Made by a program: the position numbers and the translations under genes
In this document: positions 40,901 through 49,375 of the stretch, in pieces
Position numbering within the stretch: the stretch's first letter is position 1
Layout of the letters: each line of letters starts with the position of its first letter
Source of the DNA: Candidatus Marinacidobacterium sp.
GTDB taxonomy: Bacteria > Acidobacteriota > Vicinamibacteria > Marinacidobacterales > Marinacidobacteraceae
DNA: 64,000 nt
Assembly (NCBI GenBank): GCA_965204755.1
Contig: OZ242011.1
Span: 992,001 to 1,056,000 of the forward strand
Reading direction: 5' to 3'
The notes under the pieces: model-generated
Database searches by the model: none
Told to the model about the DNA's origin: nothing
The model's input: only the letters and a program-made list of their open reading frames with translations

Positions 40901-41352
40901 CAGGTCCCGCTGCGGTAGGACTGGAAGACGACTCGCCCGCCGTCCGGGTGGAAGTCCGGCCAGCGGTCGTCGCCGAGCCCGTCGGTGAGCGGCTCCGCTT
41001 CGCCGCCCGCCGCGGGGAGGCGCCAGAGGGTGCCCTGGAGGTCGATGACGAGGGTTTCCCCGTCCGGGGACGCCGCGACGGCGAAGTTGGTGCCTTCGCT
41101 GACGCGGACGGGGCGCGGTTCGGCTTCCGGTTGCGTATGCGCCGTTGCGGCGGGGGCGGGCGGGGCCTCGCGCGGAGCGGCCCGCAGCGCTGCGGAGGAG
41201 GCAAGGAGCCCGGCGACCGCGCCGACGATCCCGAATGCCGGGAGGCCGCGCCACCGCGCGGGGCGGGGTGACCGGGTTCCGGCGCCTCCCGGAGCGGGGC
41301 GGAGGCCCGCCGCCGCGTTCTTCCCGGGCGCTTCCGGAGCGGGCGCGCGCAT
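37972..41352 (-). CDS. Exported amidohydrolase with TolB/PD40-like beta-propeller repeats
   Basis: Repeated SPDG blades, PGLIEMHTH, GTD, PGALADLVLLDGDPL. Start uncertain. Confidence 0.87.
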   Translation of the reverse strand: MRAPAPEAPGKNAAAGLRPAPGGAGTRSPRPARWRGLPAFGIVGAVAGLLASSAALRAAPREAPPAPAATAHTQPEAEPRPVRVSEGTNFAVAASPDGETLVIDLQGTLWRLPAAGGEAEPLTDGLGDDRWPDFHPDGGRVVFQSYRSGTWDLWALALPPRPDAATATDEAAAADTPPPDLRTATTPERLTDGEGDDREPAVSPDGTRVAFSSDRGGTYDIWLHDLETGGLTQLTSALGNESEPAWMPDGAALVYVATPEGAADGALRHHPLAPDAPAPREIPQTAGKVAAPAVSPDGARVAFRRLRYEGLTLMGSRFDLGTASELALAPLDDERTPPPGDGNAANDAPAPPTVLPTAGEDIFPFRPQWLDEDTLLYTADGRITRLAAPPTPAAPEPADPTPATVPFTAELAVRAPRVRPGRIRTETEDPQPVRGIVRPTLSPDGKTLLYAALGDLWLLALDAETPEAPRPLTRDGYEDTDPIWTPDGQSVIFASDRRGTMDLWEKRADSAPGAGLTQLTTRLGAETAPALSPDGARIAYLDESGNLRLAARVPPTDGPANTAPTPTPTDPDQVLYRGRRGLGAPHWSPDGETVATSVLSPFSTRFREGWNRIALVAADTGEARLLEEPRASVGIRDSDGPVWAPDGRALAFALDGGLAVLPLAPDHTPAAELETIYEGPADYPAWTADGEHLTFLSGARLLRIPAAGGDPEEIPLRHAYTVPAPAGRLLLHGVRVFDPEAGVTTPDRQVLIEAGRIVSVEPAAEPTDEDLRVIRANGATLIPGLIEMHTHPMGAAFGNRFGRAHLAYGITSVRITAAAPYRAVAEREAILAGRRVGPRLFLTGATLDGSRIYYPGSAPSAGGPGADAAFRQAEELDYDLLKTYVRLDDASQKDAVERARRRGLFVSSHEIYPAVRYGISGIEHLKGTSRRGFSPKITDLGRSYADVRSLLVESGVFFTPTLLIYGGWDLALAREPTLLETDRRIHALPHWLATRLVAPLENPGDPAERLELMRPMWETIAAVHEAGARVIAGTDTPIVPYGLGLILEIEQLAEAGLGAAGALRTATAGAAEALGLAGELGVVAPGALADLVLLDGDPLEDLTALRRVRAVVRNGRLATLDQLLSQ

Positions 41353-41530
41353 CAGCCCCCGCGCCCGCCGCCGCATCGGAACGATGCTAGCAGCCGCCGG
41401 GTCGCGAGGGCCGGGTGCTGACGAGTTCGCCCCTCCGAGGGTGGGTTTGCGGGGACGGGACGGCGCGAGGGATGTCCGGGACCGCCGCCTGCCCCGACCT
41501 CGCTTCGCCACTACACTCCGCCGGCAACGG

Positions 41531-41854
41531 ATGTTCAGCACTCGGCGGGTCGGTCTCCGGCCTTGGACCCTCTTCCTGCGCGGCGTGGGAAGCCTGATCG
41601 AAATCTGTCCTCCCAAGAGTCGCTACTACGAACTCCTCCCCCCGAGGACTGTCGAGCAAACGTTCGCGGAGTACCGCGCCAACATCGAGCACTACTTGGG
41701 CGCGGCCACCCGCGCGTGGGAGGTGGAGCACCAGGAAGAAGCGCGCGGCGGGGAAGAACCGCCCGGCGGGGAAGAACCGCCCGGCGGGGAAGAACCGCCC
41801 GGCGCGCCGAACGAGTCCGACTCGACGAAGTCCGAAGAAGAAGAAACCGGCTGA
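41531..41854 (+). CDS. Hypothetical 107-aa protein with acidic repeat tail
   Basis: ATG at 41531; ends 24 bp before the MTase; (GGEEPP)x3. Confidence 0.4.
   Translation: MFSTRRVGLRPWTLFLRGVGSLIEICPPKSRYYELLPPRTVEQTFAEYRANIEHYLGAATRAWEVEHQEEARGGEEPPGGEEPPGGEEPPGAPNESDSTKSEEEETG
41746..41803. repeat. 18-bp tandem repeat, 3 copies
   Basis: GGCGGGGAAGAACCGCCC x3. Confidence 0.9.
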
Positions 41855-41878
41855 CCCCGGCCCGACTTCGCCGCCGCC

Positions 41879-43123
41879 GTGCCCCGCGCCCGCCGCCCTC
41901 CCGAGTACCGGGTGGAATCGGTCCGGGGCGCGAAGAATGTCGCCTCGCTCTATCTCCGGGAGATCGATCTGGAGAACAGCGTTCGTTTCGGGCTGCCGGA
42001 AGTGGACGACCGCTACCACTGCTGGCGGGTTCCGCTCAAGTCGAACGGTCACGCGGTCGGCGAAGTCGTCGTCGACGCGAAGACCAGCCTCGTGGTCGAG
42101 GAAAAGACCACCACGCGGGAAGTCCTCGAATCCCGCATCCTCGGCCGCGCCGCGCCCCGGGCGCCGAAGACGGCAAAGAAGAACGCCGCGCCGCGGATCT
42201 CCACGGTCCGGAACACGATCGGCATCGGGGATTCCGAGCAACTCCTCCTCGAAACGCCGGCGGAGTCGGTGGACCTGGTCTTCACCTCCCCGCCGTATTT
42301 CAACGCCCGGCCGGAATACGCCGACTACATCGAGTACGAGGAATACCTGCTGAAGATGAAGCGGGTCCTGAGCCAGTGCCACCGCGCGCTGGGCGAAGGA
42401 CGCTTCTTCGTCCTCAATGTATCGCCCGTCCTCGTCCGCCGATCCAGCCGCTCCGAAGCGTCCCGGCGCCTGGCCGTCCCCTTCGATTTCCACCGGCTGT
42501 TCATCGAGACCGGTTTCGTCTTCATGGACGACATCATCTGGCAGAAACCCGAAGGCGCCGGCTGGGCCACCGGCCGGGGCCGCCGGTTCGCCGCCGACCG
42601 CAACCCGCTCCAATACAAGCCCGTTCCGGTGACGGAGTATGTCTTGGTCTATCGCAAGAAGACGGACCGCTTGATCGACTGGAACATCCGGAAGCATCCG
42701 GACCAGGAGGCCGTCCGGCAGTCCAAGATCGGCGACGGTTACGAAGTAACCAATATCTGGAAGATCCACCCGGCCCACTCGCCGCACCATCCGGCAGTCT
42801 TTCCGCAGGAACTCGCCGCGAAGGTGATCACTTACTACAGTTTCCGCAACGATGTGGTGCTGGACCCCTTCGGCGGCATCGGCACGACGGCCGAAGCGGC
42901 GCACCGCAACGGACGCCGGTTCGTCCACTACGAGATCTCCGACGAGTACGCGGAAGTGTTGCGGAACTCCATCTCCTCCTGGTATTCCGAACCGCTGGAC
43001 TCCATCAACTGGGTCAACACCGAAGCGCCCGACGATGCTCCGTTCCGACTGTTCGTCGACCGCGCGCCGCAGGAGAACGACACTCGGCCCTTCGTGGAAG
43101 GCGTCGCAAGTAGAGAGGCTTGA
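41879..43123 (+). CDS. Class-beta amino DNA methyltransferase (probably N4-cytosine)
   Basis: TSPPY catalytic motif precedes HPAVFP and VLDPFGGIGTT; IIWQK. Confidence 0.9.
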   Translation: MPRARRPPEYRVESVRGAKNVASLYLREIDLENSVRFGLPEVDDRYHCWRVPLKSNGHAVGEVVVDAKTSLVVEEKTTTREVLESRILGRAAPRAPKTAKKNAAPRISTVRNTIGIGDSEQLLLETPAESVDLVFTSPPYFNARPEYADYIEYEEYLLKMKRVLSQCHRALGEGRFFVLNVSPVLVRRSSRSEASRRLAVPFDFHRLFIETGFVFMDDIIWQKPEGAGWATGRGRRFAADRNPLQYKPVPVTEYVLVYRKKTDRLIDWNIRKHPDQEAVRQSKIGDGYEVTNIWKIHPAHSPHHPAVFPQELAAKVITYYSFRNDVVLDPFGGIGTTAEAAHRNGRRFVHYEISDEYAEVLRNSISSWYSEPLDSINWVNTEAPDDAPFRLFVDRAPQENDTRPFVEGVASREA

Positions 43124-43130
43124 GACACCG

Positions 43131-44582
43131 ATGAGACACGCGTGGACCCGCGCCCTGCTCGGGGTGGCGGCGGTTTGGGTGGCAGGCTGCTCGCCGCCGA
43201 ACGGGGACCTGGTGGCGCCGGCCACCTTGGAAGCCGCCGCGGAGGCCGCGGCGGCGGAAGTTCGGGAGGCGGTCGAGGCGGACGGGAGGGGCGGGGCGGC
43301 GCTCGGGATCTTCGTGGGCGGGGAGGCGGTGCTGGTCGAGGGGTTCGGGCTGGCGGACATGGAGAGCGGGGAGGCGGCGGGCCCGGAGCACTTGTTCCGC
43401 ATCGGCTCCATCACGAAACCGGTGACGGCGATGGCGATGTTGGCGTTGATCGAGGAGGGGCGGGCGCGGCGCGGCGATCCGGTGCGGCGGTTCGTGCCGG
43501 AGTTGTCGCGGGTGGAGAACCCGCTCGATTGGGCGCCGGGGCCGACGATCTTCCAACTGGCGACGATGACCGGGGGGTTGGCGCGGGAACCGGCGAACTT
43601 GCCGACTTACCTCGTGGGCGCTCCGGAGGAATGGCTTTCCGTCGTGTTCCGGGCGTTGGAGGAGACTCGGTTCGAGTACGAGCCGGGCACGAAGTACCGG
43701 TACTCGAACATCGGGTATGCAGTGCTCGGCGGCGCGGTGGAGCGGGCGGCGGAGCAGCCGTTCATGGAGTTCGTTTCGGAGCGGCTGCTGCGGCCGCTGG
43801 GGATGGAGGAGACGATCTTCTACCCGACGGAAGCGCTTTCGGGGCGGATCGCCGCCGGGTACCAGGTGGAGGACGACGGCACGGTGGATGCCGAGACTCC
43901 GGCGCGGGAACACGGGGGACGCGGTTACAAGGTGCCGAACGGGGCGCTCTACTCGACGGTCGCCGACTTGGGCGTGTTCCTGCGGTTTCTGGTCGGCGTG
44001 GAGGCGGCGGCGTTCGATGCGGTGATCCCTTCGGGAACGCGGCAGGACAACCTCACCCGGACCTTCGCCGCCGGCGACCTGGCGAGCGGCTACGGCTTCG
44101 GGTTCATGTCCCGCCGCCTGGGGGACGCCGCCGGCGGGGAGTTCACCGCCTACGGCCACGGCGGCAGCGTCGCCGGCTACCGCGCCGCCGCGTGGATCGA
44201 ACCGGAGACCGGGGCCGCGGTCGTCGTCCTGCGGAATGTCGGCGGGGACTCGGTGAGCGTCGGTGACCTCGCGTCGTCGGCGCTCGGGCGCGTGGTGGCG
44301 TCCGTGCGACACGGTGATCCCCCCATCCGTGCGAACGGCGTCCGTCCCCCTCACCCCGCGTTCGGACAAACAAGGCTGTACACTCATCCGCCCCTACGGC
44401 GCTCAACTCACCCACCTCCCGCGTCACACATCTTGCTGCATCGGTTGGCGGGCACGCACTCCACGCCCTTCCTCCAGCTCGCGAATACGCCCGTCCCGGT
44501 CTTGTCGGCAGATAGACCTATCGGGAGTCGGCCGCAATACCGGCCCACTGGGCGTTTCTCGACCTTCACCACCTACGACTGA
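43131..44582 (+). CDS. Serine hydrolase (beta-lactamase class C-like) lipoprotein with atypical C-terminal tail
   Basis: Lipobox VAGC, GSITK (SxxK), YSN, HGG. Confidence 0.87.
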   Translation: MRHAWTRALLGVAAVWVAGCSPPNGDLVAPATLEAAAEAAAAEVREAVEADGRGGAALGIFVGGEAVLVEGFGLADMESGEAAGPEHLFRIGSITKPVTAMAMLALIEEGRARRGDPVRRFVPELSRVENPLDWAPGPTIFQLATMTGGLAREPANLPTYLVGAPEEWLSVVFRALEETRFEYEPGTKYRYSNIGYAVLGGAVERAAEQPFMEFVSERLLRPLGMEETIFYPTEALSGRIAAGYQVEDDGTVDAETPAREHGGRGYKVPNGALYSTVADLGVFLRFLVGVEAAAFDAVIPSGTRQDNLTRTFAAGDLASGYGFGFMSRRLGDAAGGEFTAYGHGGSVAGYRAAAWIEPETGAAVVVLRNVGGDSVSVGDLASSALGRVVASVRHGDPPIRANGVRPPHPAFGQTRLYTHPPLRRSTHPPPASHILLHRLAGTHSTPFLQLANTPVPVLSADRPIGSRPQYRPTGRFSTFTTYD

Positions 44583-44586
44583 GAAC

Positions 44587-46674
44587 ATGCAGGCGATACA
44601 AGCGCCCGTCACGGAGTTCATTCGTCAACGAGGACAGTTCATCGTTCCCGTGTTCCAACGGGACTACACTTGGACTGCCGAGAGGGAGTGTTCCCAGTTG
44701 TGGAACGATCTCATCTTCGCCGCCTCTCTACCGGAGAAGAGCTGCCACTTCCTCGGTTCGATTGTCCACAAGAAGGTTGGCGGTGGTGTCACCCTGCCCC
44801 AGTACTTGATCATTGATGGTCAACAACGTCTCGCGACGCTGACGCTTCTTCTTATCGCCGTTCGGGACCACATCGCCAAGACTGGCGTTACACCCGAGGC
44901 GCTGCCTTCCGTACCAGAACTCGACGACTACTATCTCTTGAACACTCACAAGAGCGGCCGGTCCCGTTACCGGATGCTTCTTCGCCGACAAGATGCCGAG
45001 GCTCTCATCCGTTTGGTTGACGGACACGACGAACCTGATGGTTCCGAACTGGTCTCGCGAAACTACGAGTGGTTCCGCGCTCGGGTCGAGACAGCCGATC
45101 TTGATGTACTTTGGCACGGGCTCAGTCGACTCGTCATTGTTGATGTTTCGCTGCACGACGACGACGATGCGCAATCGATCTACGAAAGCTTGAACGCCAC
45201 CGGCATAAGGCTTCGTGTTTCGGATCTAGTCCGCAACTATCTGCTCATGAATCTGCCGCTGGACCGACAGACTGCTCTCTACGAGACACATTGGAGCGAG
45301 GTCGAGGCTCTCTTCCGCGGGAATCTTGACGACTTTGATCGTTTCGTACGAGACTGGCTGGACCTCAGAACACGAGCAGCGTTTCGGACACCATGGCCCG
45401 AAGTCTACACTCGATTCCGACATCACTGGCACGATAGACGGGACGCTAATCTCACTGTCGACCTTGACGACATTCGAAAGGCGGCGCGAAGCAACGCAGC
45501 GTTTCGATTCGGTACCAACGCACCTCAGGTTCACCGTGAGCACTATTCGTTCATCAGGGCCGCTGCACGGGTCGCACCCGCGATCACCGTTATGCGCCTC
45601 CATGAATCTCTGAGACGCCACGACGGCATCTCCGAAAGAGCCTATCAGGAGGCCTTGATGTTGATCGAGAGCTTTCTCATGAGGCGAGCCGTGTGCGGCG
45701 AGCCGACCAATTCCTATGAGAAAGCCTTTTGTTGGTTGTCATCGCAACTTCGGGATGACAACGCGTTGATCGATCTGAAGACGTCCTTTCAGCGTCGGCC
45801 TTGGGGATACCACTTCCCTTCCGACGCTGAGTTCGAAAGCGCCCTTCTTGAGAATCCACTGGCGAAGAATCGGTTCATCAAGACACTGCTTGAACGCTTG
45901 GAGACCCACGAGAATAGGGCCCGCCCGGACACGAGTCGTTACACCGTGGAGCACATCCTGCCCCAGAACCCACAACCGCGTCGAGGATGGTCGGGAATTT
46001 CGCCCGAACGGTTCCCGGAGGTGCAAGAACAGTGGGTACACAGACTGGGCAACCTTACGCTCACGGCGTACAACTCCCGGTACTCTGACCATCCGTTCGA
46101 GGAGAAGAAAACGATGGCCCGCGGCTTCTTGGAGAGCGCCTTGAGCATCAACAGGTATGTCAACGAGCAGACTGTGTGGACGGAAGTAGAGATCGAAGAG
46201 CGCACGAGACTACTTGCTGCGCGCGCCTTGAAGGTGTGGCCGGCGCTTGATGTTGATGGAGCCCTTGTGGAGCGTGCGGAATTCCGTGACTTGTGTTCTG
46301 GACCGCACGCCAGAACAAAGATTTTCGCTTCGCCTGGTGTTCGCGTACTCTTCGAGCGGTACAGGAGCGCTATCTGCGGTGTCGGTTCCGACATCGTTGA
46401 GCTGACGGACGGCAAGGCGGCGAGTTATCACCGAGATGGTCGCTACTTCGCGGAGATCGTTCCCAGGACGCACGATTTGCGCGTGTTGCTACGCCTTGAT
46501 CGAGACCGTGCTGAGAAGACGGCTCCGCACTGGGTATGGGACTCCTCAAAGATCCAACACGCCCGGTATGTGCAGCGGATGCCTACCCGTTTCTGGCATT
46601 TCCCTCACGAGGAGGAATCCGAATTCAAGATCGCGTTGAGGCTGATTGCGATGGCGTATTCGTCATTGGACTAG
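44587..46674 (+). CDS. GmrSD-family type IV restriction enzyme (DUF262 + DUF1524/HNH + DUF5655-like tail)
   Basis: PVFQRDYTW, IDGQQRL, ESLNATG, EHILPQ, LGNLTLT..NS..S..PFEEKK; lower GC than the flanks. Confidence 0.92.
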   Translation: MQAIQAPVTEFIRQRGQFIVPVFQRDYTWTAERECSQLWNDLIFAASLPEKSCHFLGSIVHKKVGGGVTLPQYLIIDGQQRLATLTLLLIAVRDHIAKTGVTPEALPSVPELDDYYLLNTHKSGRSRYRMLLRRQDAEALIRLVDGHDEPDGSELVSRNYEWFRARVETADLDVLWHGLSRLVIVDVSLHDDDDAQSIYESLNATGIRLRVSDLVRNYLLMNLPLDRQTALYETHWSEVEALFRGNLDDFDRFVRDWLDLRTRAAFRTPWPEVYTRFRHHWHDRRDANLTVDLDDIRKAARSNAAFRFGTNAPQVHREHYSFIRAAARVAPAITVMRLHESLRRHDGISERAYQEALMLIESFLMRRAVCGEPTNSYEKAFCWLSSQLRDDNALIDLKTSFQRRPWGYHFPSDAEFESALLENPLAKNRFIKTLLERLETHENRARPDTSRYTVEHILPQNPQPRRGWSGISPERFPEVQEQWVHRLGNLTLTAYNSRYSDHPFEEKKTMARGFLESALSINRYVNEQTVWTEVEIEERTRLLAARALKVWPALDVDGALVERAEFRDLCSGPHARTKIFASPGVRVLFERYRSAICGVGSDIVELTDGKAASYHRDGRYFAEIVPRTHDLRVLLRLDRDRAEKTAPHWVWDSSKIQHARYVQRMPTRFWHFPHEEESEFKIALRLIAMAYSSLD

Positions 46675-46967
46675 GGACCGGCCGTGCGCGGGCGCGAGGC
46701 CATGGGTGCAGGCGAACGCTGAGCGAGACCCGAGAGCACACTGGTGGCGAGTAGCCCCGCATCGCGCCGCGCAATGGCGCGGGCGGGAGGCAGAGTCGGT
46801 TGGCTCGTCGGGGTCGTGGCCAAGACGATGTGATACGAGGAAGTGCCGTAGGCCGTGATTCGAGTTTCCGGAGCGACTCCACAACGGCCGGCGACGCGAC
46901 TCCGGCCCTCGTGAACCGGCTGTGCCGACCGCGATGGGAGGCCGTGGCGGGCCGACACGGGAGGGGG

Positions 46968-47888
46968 TCAGGGGCGGCGGAGGAGGCGGTGGGCTTGTTC
47001 GAGGTGGAGGGGTTCCAGGAGTTGGCCGTCCAGTTCGGTTACGGCTTCGCCGCGGGCGGCGGCCGATTCCATGGTGGTGATGACGCGTTCGGCCCAGTGG
47101 CGTTCGGTGGGGGTGGGGGCGAAGGCGGCGTGGATGAGGGGGATTTGGGAGGGGTGGACGGCGGTCATTCCGTCGAAGCCCTGGCGGGCGGCGCGGCGGG
47201 CGGCGCGGGTGGTTCCTTCTCGGTTGCGGAAGGCGAAGTGGGGGGCGTCCCAGGCGCGGACTCCGGAGGCGCGGGCGGCGAGGAGGAGGCGTTGGCGGGC
47301 GTGGGTGAGGGCCGGGGGGTCGGTTTCGGGGGATTCGGGATGCGGCGCGGAAGGCTCGGAGGGGGCGGGCGGAGTCGTCGCTGACTCGGGGGCGGGGGTG
47401 GACGCAGGGCCCGAAGTGCGGAGGCCGAGGCTGAGGGTGTAGTCGGCGGAGCCGAAGATGAGGCCGGCGACGCCGGTGATGCCGGAGAGGTGGAACGCCC
47501 GCGCCATTCCCGCGGCGGTTTCGATCATGAGGAGCAGGGGCGGCGGGCCGATGGAGCGGGACCGGGCGGTGAAGATGGGCCCGGCTCCTTCCACCTTGGG
47601 GAGGACGATGTTCTCGAAGCCGGCCTTCCACGCGGCTTCGAGGTCGGCGCTCCACCACGGGGTGTCCGGGCCGTTCACGCGGACCGCCGCGCGGGCGCCG
47701 GCGTCGGTGAGGCGGCGGCGGGCGTCGGCGAGGGCGGAGCGGGCCTCCGCCTTCCGGTCGGGGTGGACGCCGTCTTCGAGGTCGAGGATGAGGAGGTCGG
47801 CGCCGCGCTCGGCCGCTTTCTCGATCATTCGGCGGTTGGACGCGGGCACATAGAGGAGCGAACGGACGCCGGCGAGGGGTTCGGACAT
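46968..47888 (-). CDS. CitE/malyl-CoA lyase-family (HpcH/HpaI) enzyme
   Basis: RSLLYVPA, LDLEDGV, VRVN, LPKVE, MIETA, FGSAD, HPSQI. Confidence 0.9.
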   Translation of the reverse strand: MSEPLAGVRSLLYVPASNRRMIEKAAERGADLLILDLEDGVHPDRKAEARSALADARRRLTDAGARAAVRVNGPDTPWWSADLEAAWKAGFENIVLPKVEGAGPIFTARSRSIGPPPLLLMIETAAGMARAFHLSGITGVAGLIFGSADYTLSLGLRTSGPASTPAPESATTPPAPSEPSAPHPESPETDPPALTHARQRLLLAARASGVRAWDAPHFAFRNREGTTRAARRAARQGFDGMTAVHPSQIPLIHAAFAPTPTERHWAERVITTMESAAARGEAVTELDGQLLEPLHLEQAHRLLRRP

Positions 47889-48017
47889 GGGTGGAATCTT
47901 CGCCTACGGCCGGGCGGCTGCGGCGCTGGGGGGACGGCGGAGCGCGGGCGGCGCGTCGGGGGCCGTGGCGGCGGAACGGGGAACCGCAGGCGGCGGGGGA
48001 TCGTTAGGAACGGTCAT

Positions 48018-48599
48018 ATGCTCGACGCCCTCCGACGCCACTGCTTCCTTCGCCTCGGCGCGGTCGCCGCCGCGGGGTTCGCGCTGCTCGCCGCGCCGGC
48101 GGCGCAGGCGGCCAACCAGACCGACCAGCCCTGGATCCATGTCCGGGTCGAGGGCGCGTCGGAGGACGAGCGCGTCGCGGTGAATGTGCCGCTCGCCGCC
48201 GCGGGCGCGATGGCCGATTCGCTCGGGGAGGAGATCTTCGGCGAACTGTACGAAGAGGTGGCCGAGCACGCGGACGAGGACGAAATCGTCGAACTCCGCG
48301 ACCTCTGGCAGGCGCTGCGCGACGATCCCGGGACTTCCATCGACATCTCCGAGGGCGGGAGCGAACGGCTCACCGCGGTCATGGACGGCGACGAAGTGCG
48401 GGTCGAGGGCAGCGGCGACGACGGGACGATCTTCATCCGCGTTCCCGTGGCTTTCGGCGATGCGCTCTTCGCGGGGGACGACCCGACCGAACTCGACTTC
48501 GCCGCGGCGTTGGAGACTCTCTCCACTCACGAAGGCGACCTGGTTTCCGTGGAGGGCGACGACGGGCGGGTCCGGGTCTGGATCGGGCCCCAGGAGTAA
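48018..48599 (+). CDS. Hypothetical exported acidic protein
   Basis: Signal peptide ending AAQA; internally duplicated V.VP(L/V) modules. Confidence 0.7.
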   Translation: MLDALRRHCFLRLGAVAAAGFALLAAPAAQAANQTDQPWIHVRVEGASEDERVAVNVPLAAAGAMADSLGEEIFGELYEEVAEHADEDEIVELRDLWQALRDDPGTSIDISEGGSERLTAVMDGDEVRVEGSGDDGTIFIRVPVAFGDALFAGDDPTELDFAAALETLSTHEGDLVSVEGDDGRVRVWIGPQE

Positions 48600-48641
48600 A
48601 GCGGGCGGACGGCGCCCGGAGACGAAACGAGGAGTTCCATC

Positions 48642-49322
48642 GTGCTGCGTGTTCTCGGTTACCTGTTCCTGCTCGCGCTGGTGGCGGCGCTGCTGTTCAG
48701 CGCGTGCGTTTCCGCTTGCGGCGTCGCGGTAGTCTCGGTGGCCGCGGAGGGCGAAACCTTCACCGCGCCGGTCCCGCTGCTTCTGCCGCTGGCGGCGTTG
48801 CGGTTCGCGCCGGAGCGCCTGTTCGACGGGCGGTTGTTCGACGACCGTCATGAGCGCTACCGGCGCGCCTTCGAGGAGCGCCGGGCCTGGCGCCGGGACG
48901 GACGGGAATGGCGGCATTGGCGGCGCGGCGAATTTCCCCGGCTGCCGCCGGAGGCCGTGCTGGGAATGCGCGCAGTCTCCGGGCTGCTCGACTCGCTGGA
49001 AGGCGTGGAGAACGCGCAACTCGTGGAAGTGCGCGACGGGGAGAGCCGCGTGAGCGTCTCCGTCGAAGACGGCGAACTGGTGGTGCTCGCGCGCGACGGC
49101 GTCCGGGACGCGCGGGGAACCGATGAGGCCCGAAACGGCGATACCGTGGAAGTGCGCGTCCCGCTCGAAGCGCTCCGGGAGGCGGCGGACGCCTGCCGCG
49201 AGGACGGGGAGCGCGTGGAGTGCGACGCGCGCCGTTTGGCGTCCCGGTTCCTGCGGGCGGCGCGCGGTTCGACAGTTCGCGTCGAAGCGGAAGACGCGCG
49301 GGTCGGGATCACCGTCTGGTAG
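48642..49322 (+). CDS. Hypothetical membrane-anchored protein, probably related to the upstream gene
   Basis: GAGGAG RBS, hydrophobic N-terminus, similar V.VPL modules. Confidence 0.7.
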   Translation: MLRVLGYLFLLALVAALLFSACVSACGVAVVSVAAEGETFTAPVPLLLPLAALRFAPERLFDGRLFDDRHERYRRAFEERRAWRRDGREWRHWRRGEFPRLPPEAVLGMRAVSGLLDSLEGVENAQLVEVRDGESRVSVSVEDGELVVLARDGVRDARGTDEARNGDTVEVRVPLEALREAADACREDGERVECDARRLASRFLRAARGSTVRVEAEDARVGITVW

Positions 49323-49375
49323 CGGCCCCGGCGGCGGCGAAAAGCCCGCCCGGAAAGCCCGCCCGCGCGGGCCGG

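Noticed and set aside
44310-44400. REP-like element (CGCCCCTAC end)
   Set aside because: Single degenerate copy with no clear palindrome and no RAYT transposase.
44397-44411. att-like duplication of the ychF 3' end (TCAACTCAC at about 44403 and 63630)
   Set aside because: Only 9 bp match exactly, ordinary genes lie between, and no integrase is visible; chance is likely.
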